DNA of 64,000 nt from Vicinamibacterales bacterium (GCA_038918905.1 JBCKZS010000007.1:9610-73609), one strand, 5' to 3'; counted from the first letter of the stretch, positions 1 through 10,149 are shown. The notes: generated by a model not told the origin, from the letters alone. Numbers and translations: made by a program.

Positions 1-808
1 CCGGCGTCACGCCCGCGACCTGTGCCAGTTGGTCCTGGTGGAGTTCGGTGAGGATGATGGGCCGGTCCCGGCGAAGCCTGTTGCCGGCGCCTTCGAGCAC
101 GAGCGGTTCCGCGCCTTCGACGTCCATCTTGATGAACGCGATTGGCGTGGGCAGCGCCACATCGTCAAGCGCGACCATCGGCACCTCGCGCACGGCGTGA
201 CCGGCCGGAATCTGGCCGGCGGTCACGACAAAGGCACCGCCCGAGTTCAAGGTCTCGGGCGCAAAGGTCAACCGCGTGGTGCCGCTCTTGTCACCGACCG
301 CGGCGGGCACGAGCCGGAGGCGATCGCCGAAGTGATTTTCCGCAATCGACCGGCTGAGCAGCGTCGCGTTCTCTTCAAACGGCTCGAACGCCGTGACGCT
401 GCCGGTCGGGCCGACGAGCCGGGCCAGGTGCATCGCAAACAGGCCGATATGGGCCCCGACGTCCAGCACATGGGCCCCGGCGTGCACGACGCGTCCGATG
501 AAGGCGAGTTCGGCCGGCTCGAACTCGCCCCGGATGATGGGGAGGCCAATCAACTGATCGGAGAGATCCACAAACAGGCGCAGCCCCGCGTCGATGTCCG
601 CGATCACGACCGTGCGCCGGTTGGTGGAGGCGAAGTCGGGGTTTTTGTCCTGGTACTCTCGCGACGTCACGATATCCGCGCGAAGCTGCCGGGTGGTCTG
701 GTACCCCTTGAGCTTTGGAAGAATCACGGCTTCGCTCTCGGGCTCGCGATCGAGCAGCAGGCGATACGCCCAGACGACGTGGTCCCGGGTCAATCCGTCA
801 GCAGGCAT
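1..808 (-). CDS. FkbM-family SAM-dependent methyltransferase (C-terminus beyond window start)
   Basis: Own minus-strand translation from the ATG at 808-806: MPADGLTRDHVVWAYRLLLDREPESEAV...HVLDVGAHIGLFAMHLARLVGPTGSVTAFEPFEEN...AFIKMDVEGAEPLVLEG, the FkbM-type pattern. Missing from the ORF track because it runs off the window. The 849-aa plus ORF 29..2578 is its antisense shadow. Confidence 0.6.
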   Translation of the reverse strand, partial: MPADGLTRDHVVWAYRLLLDREPESEAVILPKLKGYQTTRQLRADIVTSREYQDKNPDFASTNRRTVVIADIDAGLRLFVDLSDQLIGLPIIRGEFEPAELAFIGRVVHAGAHVLDVGAHIGLFAMHLARLVGPTGSVTAFEPFEENATLLSRSIAENHFGDRLRLVPAAVGDKSGTTRLTFAPETLNSGGAFVVTAGQIPAGHAVREVPMVALDDVALPTPIAFIKMDVEGAEPLVLEGAGNRLRRDRPIILTELHQDQLAQVAGVTP

Positions 809-832
809 CGTCATTCCACATTCGGGCGGGCA

Positions 833-2116
833 TCATACACCGTTGGCGCCGGACGTTTGCGCCGTGGACCTCCGGACGTAGGGCCACAGGGCGCGGCCGA
901 GGATGGCGAGGCTGACGGCTTCCCCCAGCACCGTGGCGGCGGCGGCGCCGTGCATGCCGTACGCCGGAATCAGGACCGCGTTGGCGACCACGTTCACCAC
1001 GCAACCGATCACCGCCGTCCGCAGGAGGATGCGCTCGGCGTTGATCGACACGGCCACGACGTGCAGGACAGCCAGCGGAAACATGACGACGAAGCCGGCC
1101 GCCAGAATCTGGAAGACAGCCGTCGAGGCCTGGTACTGGTTGAGGTAGATCAGGGCGATAAGGGGCGCGGCGGCGAACCAGGCGGCGAGCGCGGCGGGGA
1201 ATCCCAGCAGGGCGGCCCCCGCGATGCCGAGCCGGGCCGTCCGGCGATGGGCCGTGGGCCGAACCACGAACTCCCGTGCCAGCCGTGGCGCCAGCACCAG
1301 CGCGATGATGGAGGGGACGTGTCCGAAGGCTTCGTACGCGCGATAGGCCGCGCTGTAGAGGCCGGTTTCGGCATCGCTCCGCATCGTGCCGAGCATGACG
1401 ATGTCGACGTAGTTGTAAATCTGGAGCACCACGACGAACGTGCCCAGCGGGAGGGCCTGGGTCCGCAGGTCCCGCCAGAAGGCGACATCGAACGCCGGGC
1501 CCGCGCGACCGATCGTGCGTGTCATCAGGGCGTCCGCCACAAGGAACGCGACGATCCGTCCTGCGACAAACGCCACCGCCAGACCCACGACGCCGTACCC
1601 GGCGAGCAGCGCGGCGGCGCCGAAGCCCAGCACCAGCGCGCGATCGCAGATCAGGACAGCCGTTTCCAAATTGAACCGGTCGAGCCCGTAAAAGACGCTT
1701 CGGATGGTCGTCATGTACGACCGGAGAATCGCCGCGACGCCCAGGGCCACGACCGCCCATCGGACCTCGGCCTCTGGCTTGAGCACCAAGGCCACGGCTG
1801 TCAGCAGGACGAGACTGCCTCCGCTGAGCACGAGCTTTATCCCGTACGTATTGCGCAGATAGACGGACGCCACGCCAGGGGATCGTGCGACCGCCCGCGT
1901 CGTGACTTCCTTGAGCCCGTAGTCCATCAGGGTCTCGAAAATCACCGTCAACGCCAGGGCCCACGAAAACCGGCCGAAGGCGGCATCGCCGAGCCGCGAG
2001 GCGGCCAGGAACAGCAGCGGAAGCAGGAGCACTCCGCTGCCTGCCGACAGCATGGAGAACGCGACGTTCCGGGAGAACGTCGACGGGCGCGGCGTGGGCG
2101 GGGCTCCGGTCATCAC
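833..2116 (-). CDS. Wzx/MOP-type polysaccharide flippase
   Basis: 427 aa and almost entirely hydrophobic helices (FSRNVAFSMLSAGSGVLLLPLLFLAASRLG...), typical of oligosaccharide flippases. ATGA overlap with the upstream deacetylase gene. Confidence 0.7.
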   Translation of the reverse strand: MMTGAPPTPRPSTFSRNVAFSMLSAGSGVLLLPLLFLAASRLGDAAFGRFSWALALTVIFETLMDYGLKEVTTRAVARSPGVASVYLRNTYGIKLVLSGGSLVLLTAVALVLKPEAEVRWAVVALGVAAILRSYMTTIRSVFYGLDRFNLETAVLICDRALVLGFGAAALLAGYGVVGLAVAFVAGRIVAFLVADALMTRTIGRAGPAFDVAFWRDLRTQALPLGTFVVVLQIYNYVDIVMLGTMRSDAETGLYSAAYRAYEAFGHVPSIIALVLAPRLAREFVVRPTAHRRTARLGIAGAALLGFPAALAAWFAAAPLIALIYLNQYQASTAVFQILAAGFVVMFPLAVLHVVAVSINAERILLRTAVIGCVVNVVANAVLIPAYGMHGAAAATVLGEAVSLAILGRALWPYVRRSTAQTSGANGV

Positions 2117-3240
2117 ACGGCGGTGAAGAACAGCCGGCGCCCGCGTCCGGGCAGGCAGTGGATGAAGCGTTCGTGCAGCCGCATGAGCGAGTGTGGATCG
2201 TCGCCGGCCCGAACGGCGCGGCGCCCGAACATCCGATCCGCGAATGCCAGGTCATGGCCCGTGTCCCCCAACAGGGTTCGGGTCGTGGCGCCTGCGATCC
2301 CCCAGGGCAGGCAGATGTGCCGCACCGTGGTGCCGAGTCGGGCTTCGAGCAGGAGCCGGCCCTCTCGCAACTCGGCCACGATGGCCGCCGCCCGAGCGGC
2401 GGGCGTCTCGGTCCGCCCGCGGGCGTCCGACGCGAGCCGTTGGAGTTCCTGCTGCCACGACGGGCGCGCGAAGAAATCGGCCGCACCACGCGTGGCCACG
2501 TACTCGACGCACCGGGCCCGCGCCGCCTCATCGTCGAAGTACCGGAGGGCCTCGCTCAGGCGCGACCGTTGCACGTAGAGCGGCGCGCCGAGATCGTCCG
2601 GCGTGAGCGGGCGGGCGCGACCGGCGTCAGACACCACCGGCCGGTTAAGCAGGTTGGTGTTGGCGAAAGCCGGGGTGACAAAGCCCACGACGTGCGGATC
2701 GGAAAAAACCGCGTCGTGGGACCTCGTGTGAGACTGAATGTCGACCAGGCCCGACGCTTGAAGCTGGCGGAGTTCGGGCCACGTTGCGAAGGGCACGTCC
2801 GAGCGATCGACCGCCGGCGCGGTCGCCGCCTGGTTCGCCGTGTCGATCGTGGGCCGGACGTCGGTGGCGTCCTGGATTCTGGCGGGAATCGCGAATGCGA
2901 TCGCTGAAAGGCCATACCGGCGCAGGAGCGGAGCGGCGACGGTCCAGAGCGTGGCCCAGCAGTCGTCGAAGCACAAGGCCACGGTGCGGGGTCCCGGATG
3001 AACGCCCCGCCGGACCAGCGCGCTGATCGCGTCAGCGGTGACCGTGCGATAGCCATTCCCGGCGAGATAGGCGAGGCGGGACTCAAGGACAACTGGATCG
3101 GACTCGTGCAGGTGGAACACCGGCAGAAGATCCGACACAGGCCCCCCGCACACAAACGCCGGATACGACCCGGTGACGAGGTCGAGCGCGCCGCGGATCC
3201 GGCCGCCGCGTTCAGCAAAAGGTGGTCGCGTGCGTGGCAT
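2113..3240 (-). CDS. polysaccharide deacetylase (NodB-like) family protein
   Basis: 375 aa. The motif region RTVALCFDDCWATLWTVAAPLLRRYGLSAIAFAI resembles the NodB homology domain. Sits in a polysaccharide locus. Confidence 0.6.
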   Translation of the reverse strand: MPRTRPPFAERGGRIRGALDLVTGSYPAFVCGGPVSDLLPVFHLHESDPVVLESRLAYLAGNGYRTVTADAISALVRRGVHPGPRTVALCFDDCWATLWTVAAPLLRRYGLSAIAFAIPARIQDATDVRPTIDTANQAATAPAVDRSDVPFATWPELRQLQASGLVDIQSHTRSHDAVFSDPHVVGFVTPAFANTNLLNRPVVSDAGRARPLTPDDLGAPLYVQRSRLSEALRYFDDEAARARCVEYVATRGAADFFARPSWQQELQRLASDARGRTETPAARAAAIVAELREGRLLLEARLGTTVRHICLPWGIAGATTRTLLGDTGHDLAFADRMFGRRAVRAGDDPHSLMRLHERFIHCLPGRGRRLFFTAV

Positions 3241-3255
3241 GGCGGTCGGCGTGGC

Positions 3256-4020
3256 TCACGCCGTGTTCGTATCCCGGTCCCGGAGCACGCGGGCCGGGAC
3301 GCCGGCGACGATGGTCTTTGGCGCGACGTCTGACGTCACCACCGCGCCGGTGCCCACGATCGCGTGGTCGCCGATGGTGACCCCGTCGAGGATCTTCGCG
3401 CCGGCTCCCAACCACGCGCCAGTCCCGATGGTGATCCCGGCCGACGTGCGTGCGGCGTCGAGGACGGGTTGGGAGGCGTCCCGAAAATCGTGCCCCCCAC
3501 CGATCACATAGGCATACGCGGCGACAAGGGCGTCGTCGCCAAGCACGACCCGGCTGGCCGAAAAGATCTCGGCGTTGAATCCGATGTTCACCCGGTTTCC
3601 CAGCACGATGTCGCCATTCTTACAGCTCAGGATCGTATTGCGTCCGATGAAGACACCGTTCCCAATCTGAATGCCGGCATTGGTCGTGCCTTTGGCGTCC
3701 AGCACACAGTGGTCATCGATCACGACATCGTCGCCGATCGCAATCTTGTGCGGATGGCGCAACACCACGTGGCTGCCGAAGGTGACGTTGCGACCGCACC
3801 GGCCAAGCAGCCTCGGGAAGAGCCAGGAGCGCAGGAGCAGGCCCAGTGCGCCGTTGCGGTTCGCCGCCAGCGTCATCACCGCCTCGTACTTGATCAGGGC
3901 ACCCAGCCCGCGGCGCCCGACGACGAGGTCGCTGTACTTGTTGATCCGCGAGGTCCCGGGATCGAACAGTTGCTTCTGTATCGCAGTCTCCGATGGATCG
4001 TTGGGGCGGGGGGATGACAT
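3256..4020 (-). CDS. left-handed beta-helix (hexapeptide-repeat) acetyltransferase
   Basis: Repeated [LIV]-G-x4 hexapeptides run through the C-terminal two thirds (IGDDVVIDDHCVLD...IGNGVFIGRNTIL...LGNRVNIGFNAEI...IGTGAWLGAGAKILDGVTIGDHAIVGTGAVV). Confidence 0.75.
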   Translation of the reverse strand: MSSPRPNDPSETAIQKQLFDPGTSRINKYSDLVVGRRGLGALIKYEAVMTLAANRNGALGLLLRSWLFPRLLGRCGRNVTFGSHVVLRHPHKIAIGDDVVIDDHCVLDAKGTTNAGIQIGNGVFIGRNTILSCKNGDIVLGNRVNIGFNAEIFSASRVVLGDDALVAAYAYVIGGGHDFRDASQPVLDAARTSAGITIGTGAWLGAGAKILDGVTIGDHAIVGTGAVVTSDVAPKTIVAGVPARVLRDRDTNTA

Positions 4021-4024
4021 GACC

Positions 4025-5011
4025 CTACCGGCGCGTCGCGTAGACGATGAGCCCAGAGAGGGAGAAGATCACCACAGTGAAGGTGGCCAGCAGCGACAGG
4101 GCGAGGGCGGCATCAATCGGCAGGCCGAGCGTCGTGAAGTAGTAGGAAAACGTGGCCTCCCGGACACCGAACCCGTTGATCGAGACCGGCACCATCTGCA
4201 CGACGAACGACACCGGCACCAGCACCGCGAGGTGGTGCACGGCAATGGAAATCCCGGCGCTGTGGGCCACGACAGCGTAGAAAGCCACGAGAATGGCCTG
4301 CACCACGACGGCGCCGCCCAGGCACCAGACGAGCAGGGCGGGCCGCTCGCGAAACCGTGAGAAGGCGGCCGTCAGCCGCCCGAGGCGCACCTCGACCCAG
4401 GTGGCGTGGAAGCGTCTGGCGGGCGCAAGCGTGCGTGCCGCGAGCGTGGGGGCGCCGACCGCGACGATGAGTCCCCCCGCGGAGGCCGCGAACGCGCCCC
4501 AGAGCAGGGGCGGCCACACCGGGACGGCCGCGCTGGCGTCTGACCACACGGCCGCCGAGGCGCCGGCGGCGGCCACAAACAGGAGTCCGACGAGACCGAT
4601 GGCGCGATCCATGGCCACGACGGCGGTCGCCAGCGTCCGCGAGCCCGCCGCGTCCGCGGTGTCGCGAATGCGCATCACGTCGCCGCCGATATTGCTGGGC
4701 AGAAAATTGCTGAAGAAGGTCGCGACCAGGTAGGAGCCGAGCAGGGCGCGGCGCGGGACGATCAAGTGTTGCGCTTCCAACAACTGCTGCCAGCGCCAGA
4801 CGCTCGCGAGAATCATGACCAGGTACAGGCCGAGCGCGCCGGTCAACCAGGGGAGCGACACGTTCTGGATGATCGCGAGGAACCGGCTCGTGTCGATCCG
4901 CGTGAGCAGGAAGGTCAGGAGACCGGCGCTGATGACGAACTTGGCGCCCAAGATCGCGAGACGTGCCCGGCTTGGCGCGTCGCCTGTCGTTGGCGCCGTG
5001 GGACTGGTCAT
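4025..5011 (-). CDS. flippase-like / LPG-synthase-TM-family (UPF0104) membrane protein
   Basis: Polytopic membrane protein with the FFSNFLPSNIGGDVMRIRD motif typical of that family. Start placed at MTSPTAP (ATG 5011-5009). The track's longer form to 5188 would overlap the upstream GT4 gene. Confidence 0.55.
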   Translation of the reverse strand: MTSPTAPTTGDAPSRARLAILGAKFVISAGLLTFLLTRIDTSRFLAIIQNVSLPWLTGALGLYLVMILASVWRWQQLLEAQHLIVPRRALLGSYLVATFFSNFLPSNIGGDVMRIRDTADAAGSRTLATAVVAMDRAIGLVGLLFVAAAGASAAVWSDASAAVPVWPPLLWGAFAASAGGLIVAVGAPTLAARTLAPARRFHATWVEVRLGRLTAAFSRFRERPALLVWCLGGAVVVQAILVAFYAVVAHSAGISIAVHHLAVLVPVSFVVQMVPVSINGFGVREATFSYYFTTLGLPIDAALALSLLATFTVVIFSLSGLIVYATRR

Positions 5012-5081
5012 GTCACGTGGGTCCGAGGGCGCCCTGGGGCCAGAGCGTCGAGGCACGCCGCAATATACCACGCGCCCTCCT

Positions 5082-6329
5082 TCAGTTGTTGGACGGCCTC
5101 CCAGGATCAACCCCGGCGAGTTCCCGCAACGTCTCGGCGTAACGATCCGCGATGAGATTCTGGTCAAACCGCGCGACCGCGGTCTCACGCGCGTTCGTCC
5201 GGAGGCGGGCGCGCAGCGGTCCGTCCTGGAGCAGCCGGGTGAGTCCCTGGGCGAGCCCGCCGGGATCTGCGGGCTCGGTCAGGAGGGCGTTTTCGCCATC
5301 CACCAGGTAGTCCTTCATGCCGCCGACGCGGGTCGCCAGGATCGGCAGACCCGCGGCGATTGCCTCAATGGCGGAGGAGGGGAAACCCTCGTAGTGCGAG
5401 GGTTGCACGAAGACATCAGCCGCGCGCATCAGCACCGACGGGTCGGTCCGTGGGCCCGCGAAGCGCACGGAGGCCGTCAACCCATGCCGGGTCGCGAACG
5501 CGCGCGCGGCGGGACCGGCGTCGAGCGGATGGCCCGGCATGTCCGGCCCCACCAGAAGCAGGATCGCGTCAGGGTCCGCCAGCATCCGCCAGGCCTCGAG
5601 GAGGTCGAGCACACCCTTCTCGACGCTGAGGCGCCCCACGAACAGACACACGAGGCGATCGAGCGGAAGGTCTTCGGCCTCGCGGATCGCCCGCCGCTCG
5701 TCGTCACTGGCGGCCGGGCGAAACCGCGCGATGTCCACGCCGTGGGGAATGCACCGGAGGCGCGTCTCGGGAATGCCGCAGGCGAGGGCCTCGCGTTCGA
5801 TGTCGCGAGAAATGCAGATGTGGAGCGACGCCGCCGCGTAGAGTCGCCGGAACGGCCACGTAATCGCGCGAGCGACCAAGCCGCCCGGCGACACATGCAA
5901 GCGAGCCAGATCGTCGTTCCAGCTCTGACACGAGAGGGCGCCCGGCGTCTCGGCCTGCAGCACCACCGGACGACGCAGCAGCCAGCCAGCCAGGAGCGCA
6001 GCGATGCCAACGCCACGAAAATCAGGACAGAAAATCACGTCGGGCCTGGGACGACGGCGCGCGAGTGCCAGGAGCGCGAACGGCAGCAGCCGCCACTTGG
6101 CAAATCGGCTGCGCGGACCCGACGGGCGCAGCCGTTCCACCTGCACACCGTCAATGGTGTCCGAGGCGGGAGTGTCAGGGCCCAGTCGCTTGGTGAAGAC
6201 CGTGATGTGCAACCCGCGGTCGGTGAGTTGCCGGGCCACCTGGCGCGCGTGACTCTCAACGCCGCCGATGACGGGAAAGTAGTACGTCGAGAGCAGCGCG
6301 ACACGAAGGGGCGGGGGAGGCGGCGTCAC
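5082..6329 (-). CDS. GT4-family glycosyltransferase
   Basis: N-terminal LRVALLSTYYFPVIGGVESHARQ and C-terminal FVQPSHYEGFPSSAIEAIAAGLPILATRVGG (EX7E region). GTG start at 6329-6327 gives a GTGA overlap with the stop of the upstream GT2 gene. Confidence 0.8.
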   Translation of the reverse strand: MTPPPPPLRVALLSTYYFPVIGGVESHARQVARQLTDRGLHITVFTKRLGPDTPASDTIDGVQVERLRPSGPRSRFAKWRLLPFALLALARRRPRPDVIFCPDFRGVGIAALLAGWLLRRPVVLQAETPGALSCQSWNDDLARLHVSPGGLVARAITWPFRRLYAAASLHICISRDIEREALACGIPETRLRCIPHGVDIARFRPAASDDERRAIREAEDLPLDRLVCLFVGRLSVEKGVLDLLEAWRMLADPDAILLLVGPDMPGHPLDAGPAARAFATRHGLTASVRFAGPRTDPSVLMRAADVFVQPSHYEGFPSSAIEAIAAGLPILATRVGGMKDYLVDGENALLTEPADPGGLAQGLTRLLQDGPLRARLRTNARETAVARFDQNLIADRYAETLRELAGVDPGRPSNN

Positions 6330-7396
6330 TGCGGCAACACCGTCGCGGTGACGAACCGCCAATAGACCGTGAGCCACCGCTCGTAGAGCGACAGGGCGCG
6401 ACGGAGCAGTCCCGGTTCGGTCAGGTCGTCACGGACGACCAGCGGGCCGCTCGTAAGGACCGCGGCATCGTGGCGCACGCGCATCAGTCGGACGGCGCGG
6501 CGGTCCGAGGGCAGCGCCGGAAGCATCGCGATCAGTCCACCCACCGCCTTCACGTACGTCCATCCGTGGCCGCGCGCCACCAGCGCGATCGCCTGCAGCA
6601 CCTCGTGCACGGCGAGCACCGGGGCGATGGCGGCGAGCGTGCGCCACTCGTAGTTCTTCAGCATGAAGTGCCAGCGGTTCCGAATCTGATAGTAGAACAG
6701 CCAGGTGCCACGCGCGCGGCTCGTGTGGTGCGCCAGAGCGTTCGGCACCTCCCAGATCCTGAACCCGGCGAGCCTCGCGCGATGGGTGAAGTCGCCGTCC
6801 TCCTTGCCGATGAAGTACCGCTCATCGAAGAGCCCGTAGTGCAGGGCCCGCACCCTGTCGATCAGCAGCGCGCACGTGGACGCCACGCCGATGTCCCGCG
6901 GGTCGTCGCCGCGATCGCGCAGGGGCCTGTCGAGCCAGGGGTTGACCGCCTCGCAGATGAAATGAAGGTGGGTGCCGGCGTACTGAATGATCCCAGGCCG
7001 GCCGGCGTGCACGACCACGGGGCTGCCGATGGCGATCGTGGCGTCAGTGGTGAACGCGTCGCGCAGCACCTGCACCGTATCGGGGCTGACGGCCACGTCG
7101 GCATCCATCAGGAAGACGTACGGCCGCGTCGCGGCCAGGAGCCCGGCGTTCCGCCCGGGGCTGGGACCCAGGTTGCGGTCCAGCCGAATCTGCTGAACCG
7201 CGGGCCAGCGTTCCCGCAGATGGGCGGCGGTGCCATCGGTGCTCGCGACGTCCACGAGGAGGACCTGTGACTGGGGACAGCACGCCGCGACCAGTGACAT
7301 CAGCGTGCGGTCGATTGTCGCCCGGCCGTTGTGAGAGACGATCACCACATCGACGTCGACGGGAAACTGAGGCATTGGCAGGCTGGTCGCGTTCAC
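6326..7396 (-). CDS. GT2-family glycosyltransferase
   Basis: VDVVIVSHNGRATIDRTLMSL...LLVDVASTDGT...FLMDADV (DxD): a classic GT-A N-terminal domain. Confidence 0.8.
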   Translation of the reverse strand: MNATSLPMPQFPVDVDVVIVSHNGRATIDRTLMSLVAACCPQSQVLLVDVASTDGTAAHLRERWPAVQQIRLDRNLGPSPGRNAGLLAATRPYVFLMDADVAVSPDTVQVLRDAFTTDATIAIGSPVVVHAGRPGIIQYAGTHLHFICEAVNPWLDRPLRDRGDDPRDIGVASTCALLIDRVRALHYGLFDERYFIGKEDGDFTHRARLAGFRIWEVPNALAHHTSRARGTWLFYYQIRNRWHFMLKNYEWRTLAAIAPVLAVHEVLQAIALVARGHGWTYVKAVGGLIAMLPALPSDRRAVRLMRVRHDAAVLTSGPLVVRDDLTEPGLLRRALSLYERWLTVYWRFVTATVLPQ

Positions 7397-7466
7397 AAAA
7401 AAAACAATGGAGCGGCCCGGAGGGTCCCTCCGAGCCGCCCCATTCTAAAGGGCAGGCGGTGACGTG

Positions 7467-8588
7467 TTACTGCCAGATCACCCGCACGATATTCGAGCGC
7501 TCGGACACGCTCCGGACCGGAACCCGGTTTGACGAGGGGGCGCTGACGAGGAGGCCCACCTCGTCGCCGCGCCGCGGGCCGGGCCAGGAGGCATCGAGAG
7601 GGGCCGCGCGGATCTGGTCGCGGCCGTACTCCACAGCCGTGAGGTTCTTGCAGGTCTGGCCCGGGCGGAGCCAGTCGAAGCCTGCCCCGTACCAGCGGCC
7701 GCCGATGTTAACCACGATCAGCATGTTGGCTTCGAGGTTTGGTGGATTGTTGTCAATCGACACGAGCGGCCACTGGCCCGATTTCGTGTGATAGACGCAG
7801 ACGTTGTCGCCGCCTTGGTCCACACCGGTCACCGTCGACGTAATTGCCCAGTTGGTCACATCCGTCGACACTTGGCTGAGCCACGTAATCTCGCGCGGGT
7901 CGATCTGGTCAACGCCCGGGGCGAATCCACGGACCTCGACTTGTGCGGTACGCGTATGTTGCCGGTTCTCTCGCGTGAAGGTCGCCACGATGGCGAACGT
8001 ACCCTGATTGCGGTAGGTATGCGTGAGCGTCGCCCCACCGGTTACAGTGCCGAGGTTGCGCGTCTCGCCGTCGCCGAGGGCCACGACGAGGGTCCCGGCC
8101 ACGGGCTGGCCTCCCGAGGTGGCGGTGATCGCGATCGTGACGAGGTCGCCTCGCCGCGGTGACGCCGGACTCACCTCCATCGTCAGGGCGGTGTCGACCG
8201 TGATTTGCACATCGAGGGTGGGCGACTCAAGGAACGACGCAATGCGACCGGTCTTCGCCGTGGCGGTCACCTTCGCCGGCCGGGTCGAGGTGAGCTGCAC
8301 CGTCGCCACGCCCGCCTCGTTGGTGGTGGCCTCGGCGGCCGAGAGGGTTCCCGCCGTGGCCGTGAACGTCACCGCGGCGCCAGAGACCGGTATCCCCGCG
8401 GCGGTCAGCAGCGTAGCGGTCAGCGTCGTCTGGCCGCCGGCGGCAGGCAGCAGTGCCGGCTGTGCCGCCAGGCGCAACGTGAGGGCTGGCGCGCCGGGTT
8501 GCGTGGGCTTTTCGCACGCCACGGCGGCGACCAGAACGAGGAGAGTGGCGCCAATCGCGCCGGGCCGGGAACGAAAGAATGATCGCAT
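7467..8588 (-). CDS. lipoprotein with Ig-like (Big) repeats and a conserved uncharacterised C-terminal domain (paralogue A)
   Basis: Start at MRSFFRSRPGAIGATLLVLVAAVAC (lipobox). Big-like repeats (GQTTLTATLLTAAGIPVSGAAVTFTATAGTLS). The last ~150 aa are near-identical to the C-terminus of the next gene. Confidence 0.65.
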   Translation of the reverse strand: MRSFFRSRPGAIGATLLVLVAAVACEKPTQPGAPALTLRLAAQPALLPAAGGQTTLTATLLTAAGIPVSGAAVTFTATAGTLSAAEATTNEAGVATVQLTSTRPAKVTATAKTGRIASFLESPTLDVQITVDTALTMEVSPASPRRGDLVTIAITATSGGQPVAGTLVVALGDGETRNLGTVTGGATLTHTYRNQGTFAIVATFTRENRQHTRTAQVEVRGFAPGVDQIDPREITWLSQVSTDVTNWAITSTVTGVDQGGDNVCVYHTKSGQWPLVSIDNNPPNLEANMLIVVNIGGRWYGAGFDWLRPGQTCKNLTAVEYGRDQIRAAPLDASWPGPRRGDEVGLLVSAPSSNRVPVRSVSERSNIVRVIWQ

Positions 8589-8730
8589 CTGAGGGACTAT
8601 CCTATGAACAGGGCTGGGGCGAAAGCCAACAGGCTCCGAATGGCCGGGACCTATGGAGGGAACGCGGAGCATCACGGCTATACCTTAGCGCGACTCGGAC
8701 GAGGCGGCAAGGAGCCCAGCGGTCGGCAGC

Positions 8731-10149
8731 TCACTTCCACCGAATCAAGACGATATTCGAGCGCTCGTTGATCGTCCGCACGCCATACCGCGCCGGCGTG
8801 CTCACGAGCAGCCCGATCATGTCGCCGGCCCGGGGGCCAGGCCAGGAGGCATCGAGAGGAGCCACACGGATCTGGTCGCGGCCGTACTCCACGGCCGGAA
8901 CGTGTTTGCAGACCTGGTCTTGGCGGAGCCAGTCGAAGGTCGCGCCGTACCACTGGCCCCCGATGTTCACGACGATCAGCATATTGCCTTCGAGGTTGGG
9001 CGGATTGTTGTCAATCGACACGAGCGGCCACTGGCCCGCTTTCGTGTGATAGACGCAGACGTTGTCGCCGCTTTGGTCCACACTGGTCACCCTCGACGTA
9101 ATGGCCCAGTTGGTCACATCCGCGGTCACGGGGCCGAGCCAGATGATCGACCGTGGGTCGATTTCATCAACGCCCGATCCAGGGGGCGGCGGAGGCGGCG
9201 TCGTCGGGGGATTGCGCACCTCGACCCGGATCGTCGACCGGACTTCAATGCCGAACCCGTCCACAAAGACGGCCGTGGCGTTGAAGTCGCCCAGCGCATA
9301 CGTGTGGGCGACCGTGGCCATGCCCGTAATCGTGCCCAGATTGGCGGTTTGACCGTTCCCGAACTCCAGGCGAGCCGTGCCGGTGGCGGGTTGGCCCAGC
9401 GCCGTGGCGTTTACCGTGAAGGTCACGGGCTGTCCCGTCAGGGGCAGCGCGGGCGTGAAGGCAACAGCCAGAGTGACCGGCGGCCGCACGGGCATCGCCA
9501 CGTCAGCGGTCGCGAGGTTGAGCGCGTTGCCGCGGACTGTGGCGGTGACCGACGTCGTCAGACGAACCCGCGCCACGCCCTGGGCGTCGGTCGTGACCGG
9601 TCCGGACGGACTCAGGGTGCCTGCGGTCGTCGTGAACGTCACGGGCAGCCCGGCCACCGGAGCCCCTTGCGGGGAACGCGCGAACGCGGTGATGTCCGCG
9701 CTGCCCCCGCCCGGCGGAAGAGAGGCGGGGGTCGCACTGAGGGCAATGCCGGCCAACGGAGCCGACCCGATGTGAATCGAGACCTCCGCCTGGTTGGAGG
9801 CCGCATACGCGGTCACGCGCCCCACGCCGATGATCTCGCCCGCGGTGTAGGTGACGCCGGCGGCGCCGTTGAGCGTGCGCACTTTTCGTTGCTCAAGCTC
9901 GCCGAGTACGGCCGTCAGGACCACCTCGGTCCCGTCCGTGACCGGCTGGCCATTCGACTGTCGGAGGCTGACGGTCAGCGTGGTGGCCTGTCCAATCGGC
10001 AGGAAGCTGGTCGCCGCGTTGACGATGAGCGTGGAATTGTCTGGCGCCAGAATGCTGCGTTTATCAACGTCGCATCCGGCGATCGTGACGACCGGAAGCA
10101 CGATCAGGAGAGCACGAGTGACGAACGACGGCAGCGAACGCGGCACCAT
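8731..10149 (-). CDS. lipoprotein with Ig-like (Big) repeats and a conserved uncharacterised C-terminal domain (paralogue B)
   Basis: Start at MVPRSLPSFVTRALLIVLPVVTIAGC (lipobox; ATG at 10149-10147). Several Big-like repeats. The C-terminal domain VDEIDPRSIIWLGPVTADVTNWAITS...ERSNIVLIRWK matches paralogue A. Confidence 0.65.
   Translation of the reverse strand: MVPRSLPSFVTRALLIVLPVVTIAGCDVDKRSILAPDNSTLIVNAATSFLPIGQATTLTVSLRQSNGQPVTDGTEVVLTAVLGELEQRKVRTLNGAAGVTYTAGEIIGVGRVTAYAASNQAEVSIHIGSAPLAGIALSATPASLPPGGGSADITAFARSPQGAPVAGLPVTFTTTAGTLSPSGPVTTDAQGVARVRLTTSVTATVRGNALNLATADVAMPVRPPVTLAVAFTPALPLTGQPVTFTVNATALGQPATGTARLEFGNGQTANLGTITGMATVAHTYALGDFNATAVFVDGFGIEVRSTIRVEVRNPPTTPPPPPPGSGVDEIDPRSIIWLGPVTADVTNWAITSRVTSVDQSGDNVCVYHTKAGQWPLVSIDNNPPNLEGNMLIVVNIGGQWYGATFDWLRQDQVCKHVPAVEYGRDQIRVAPLDASWPGPRAGDMIGLLVSTPARYGVRTINERSNIVLIRWK

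Noticed and set aside
29-2578. 849-aa plus-strand ORF spanning three minus-strand genes
   Set aside because: Arg/Gly/Pro/His-rich low-complexity translation with no motifs. It is exactly antisense to recognisable FkbM, flippase and deacetylase genes, a typical high-G+C antisense shadow ORF.
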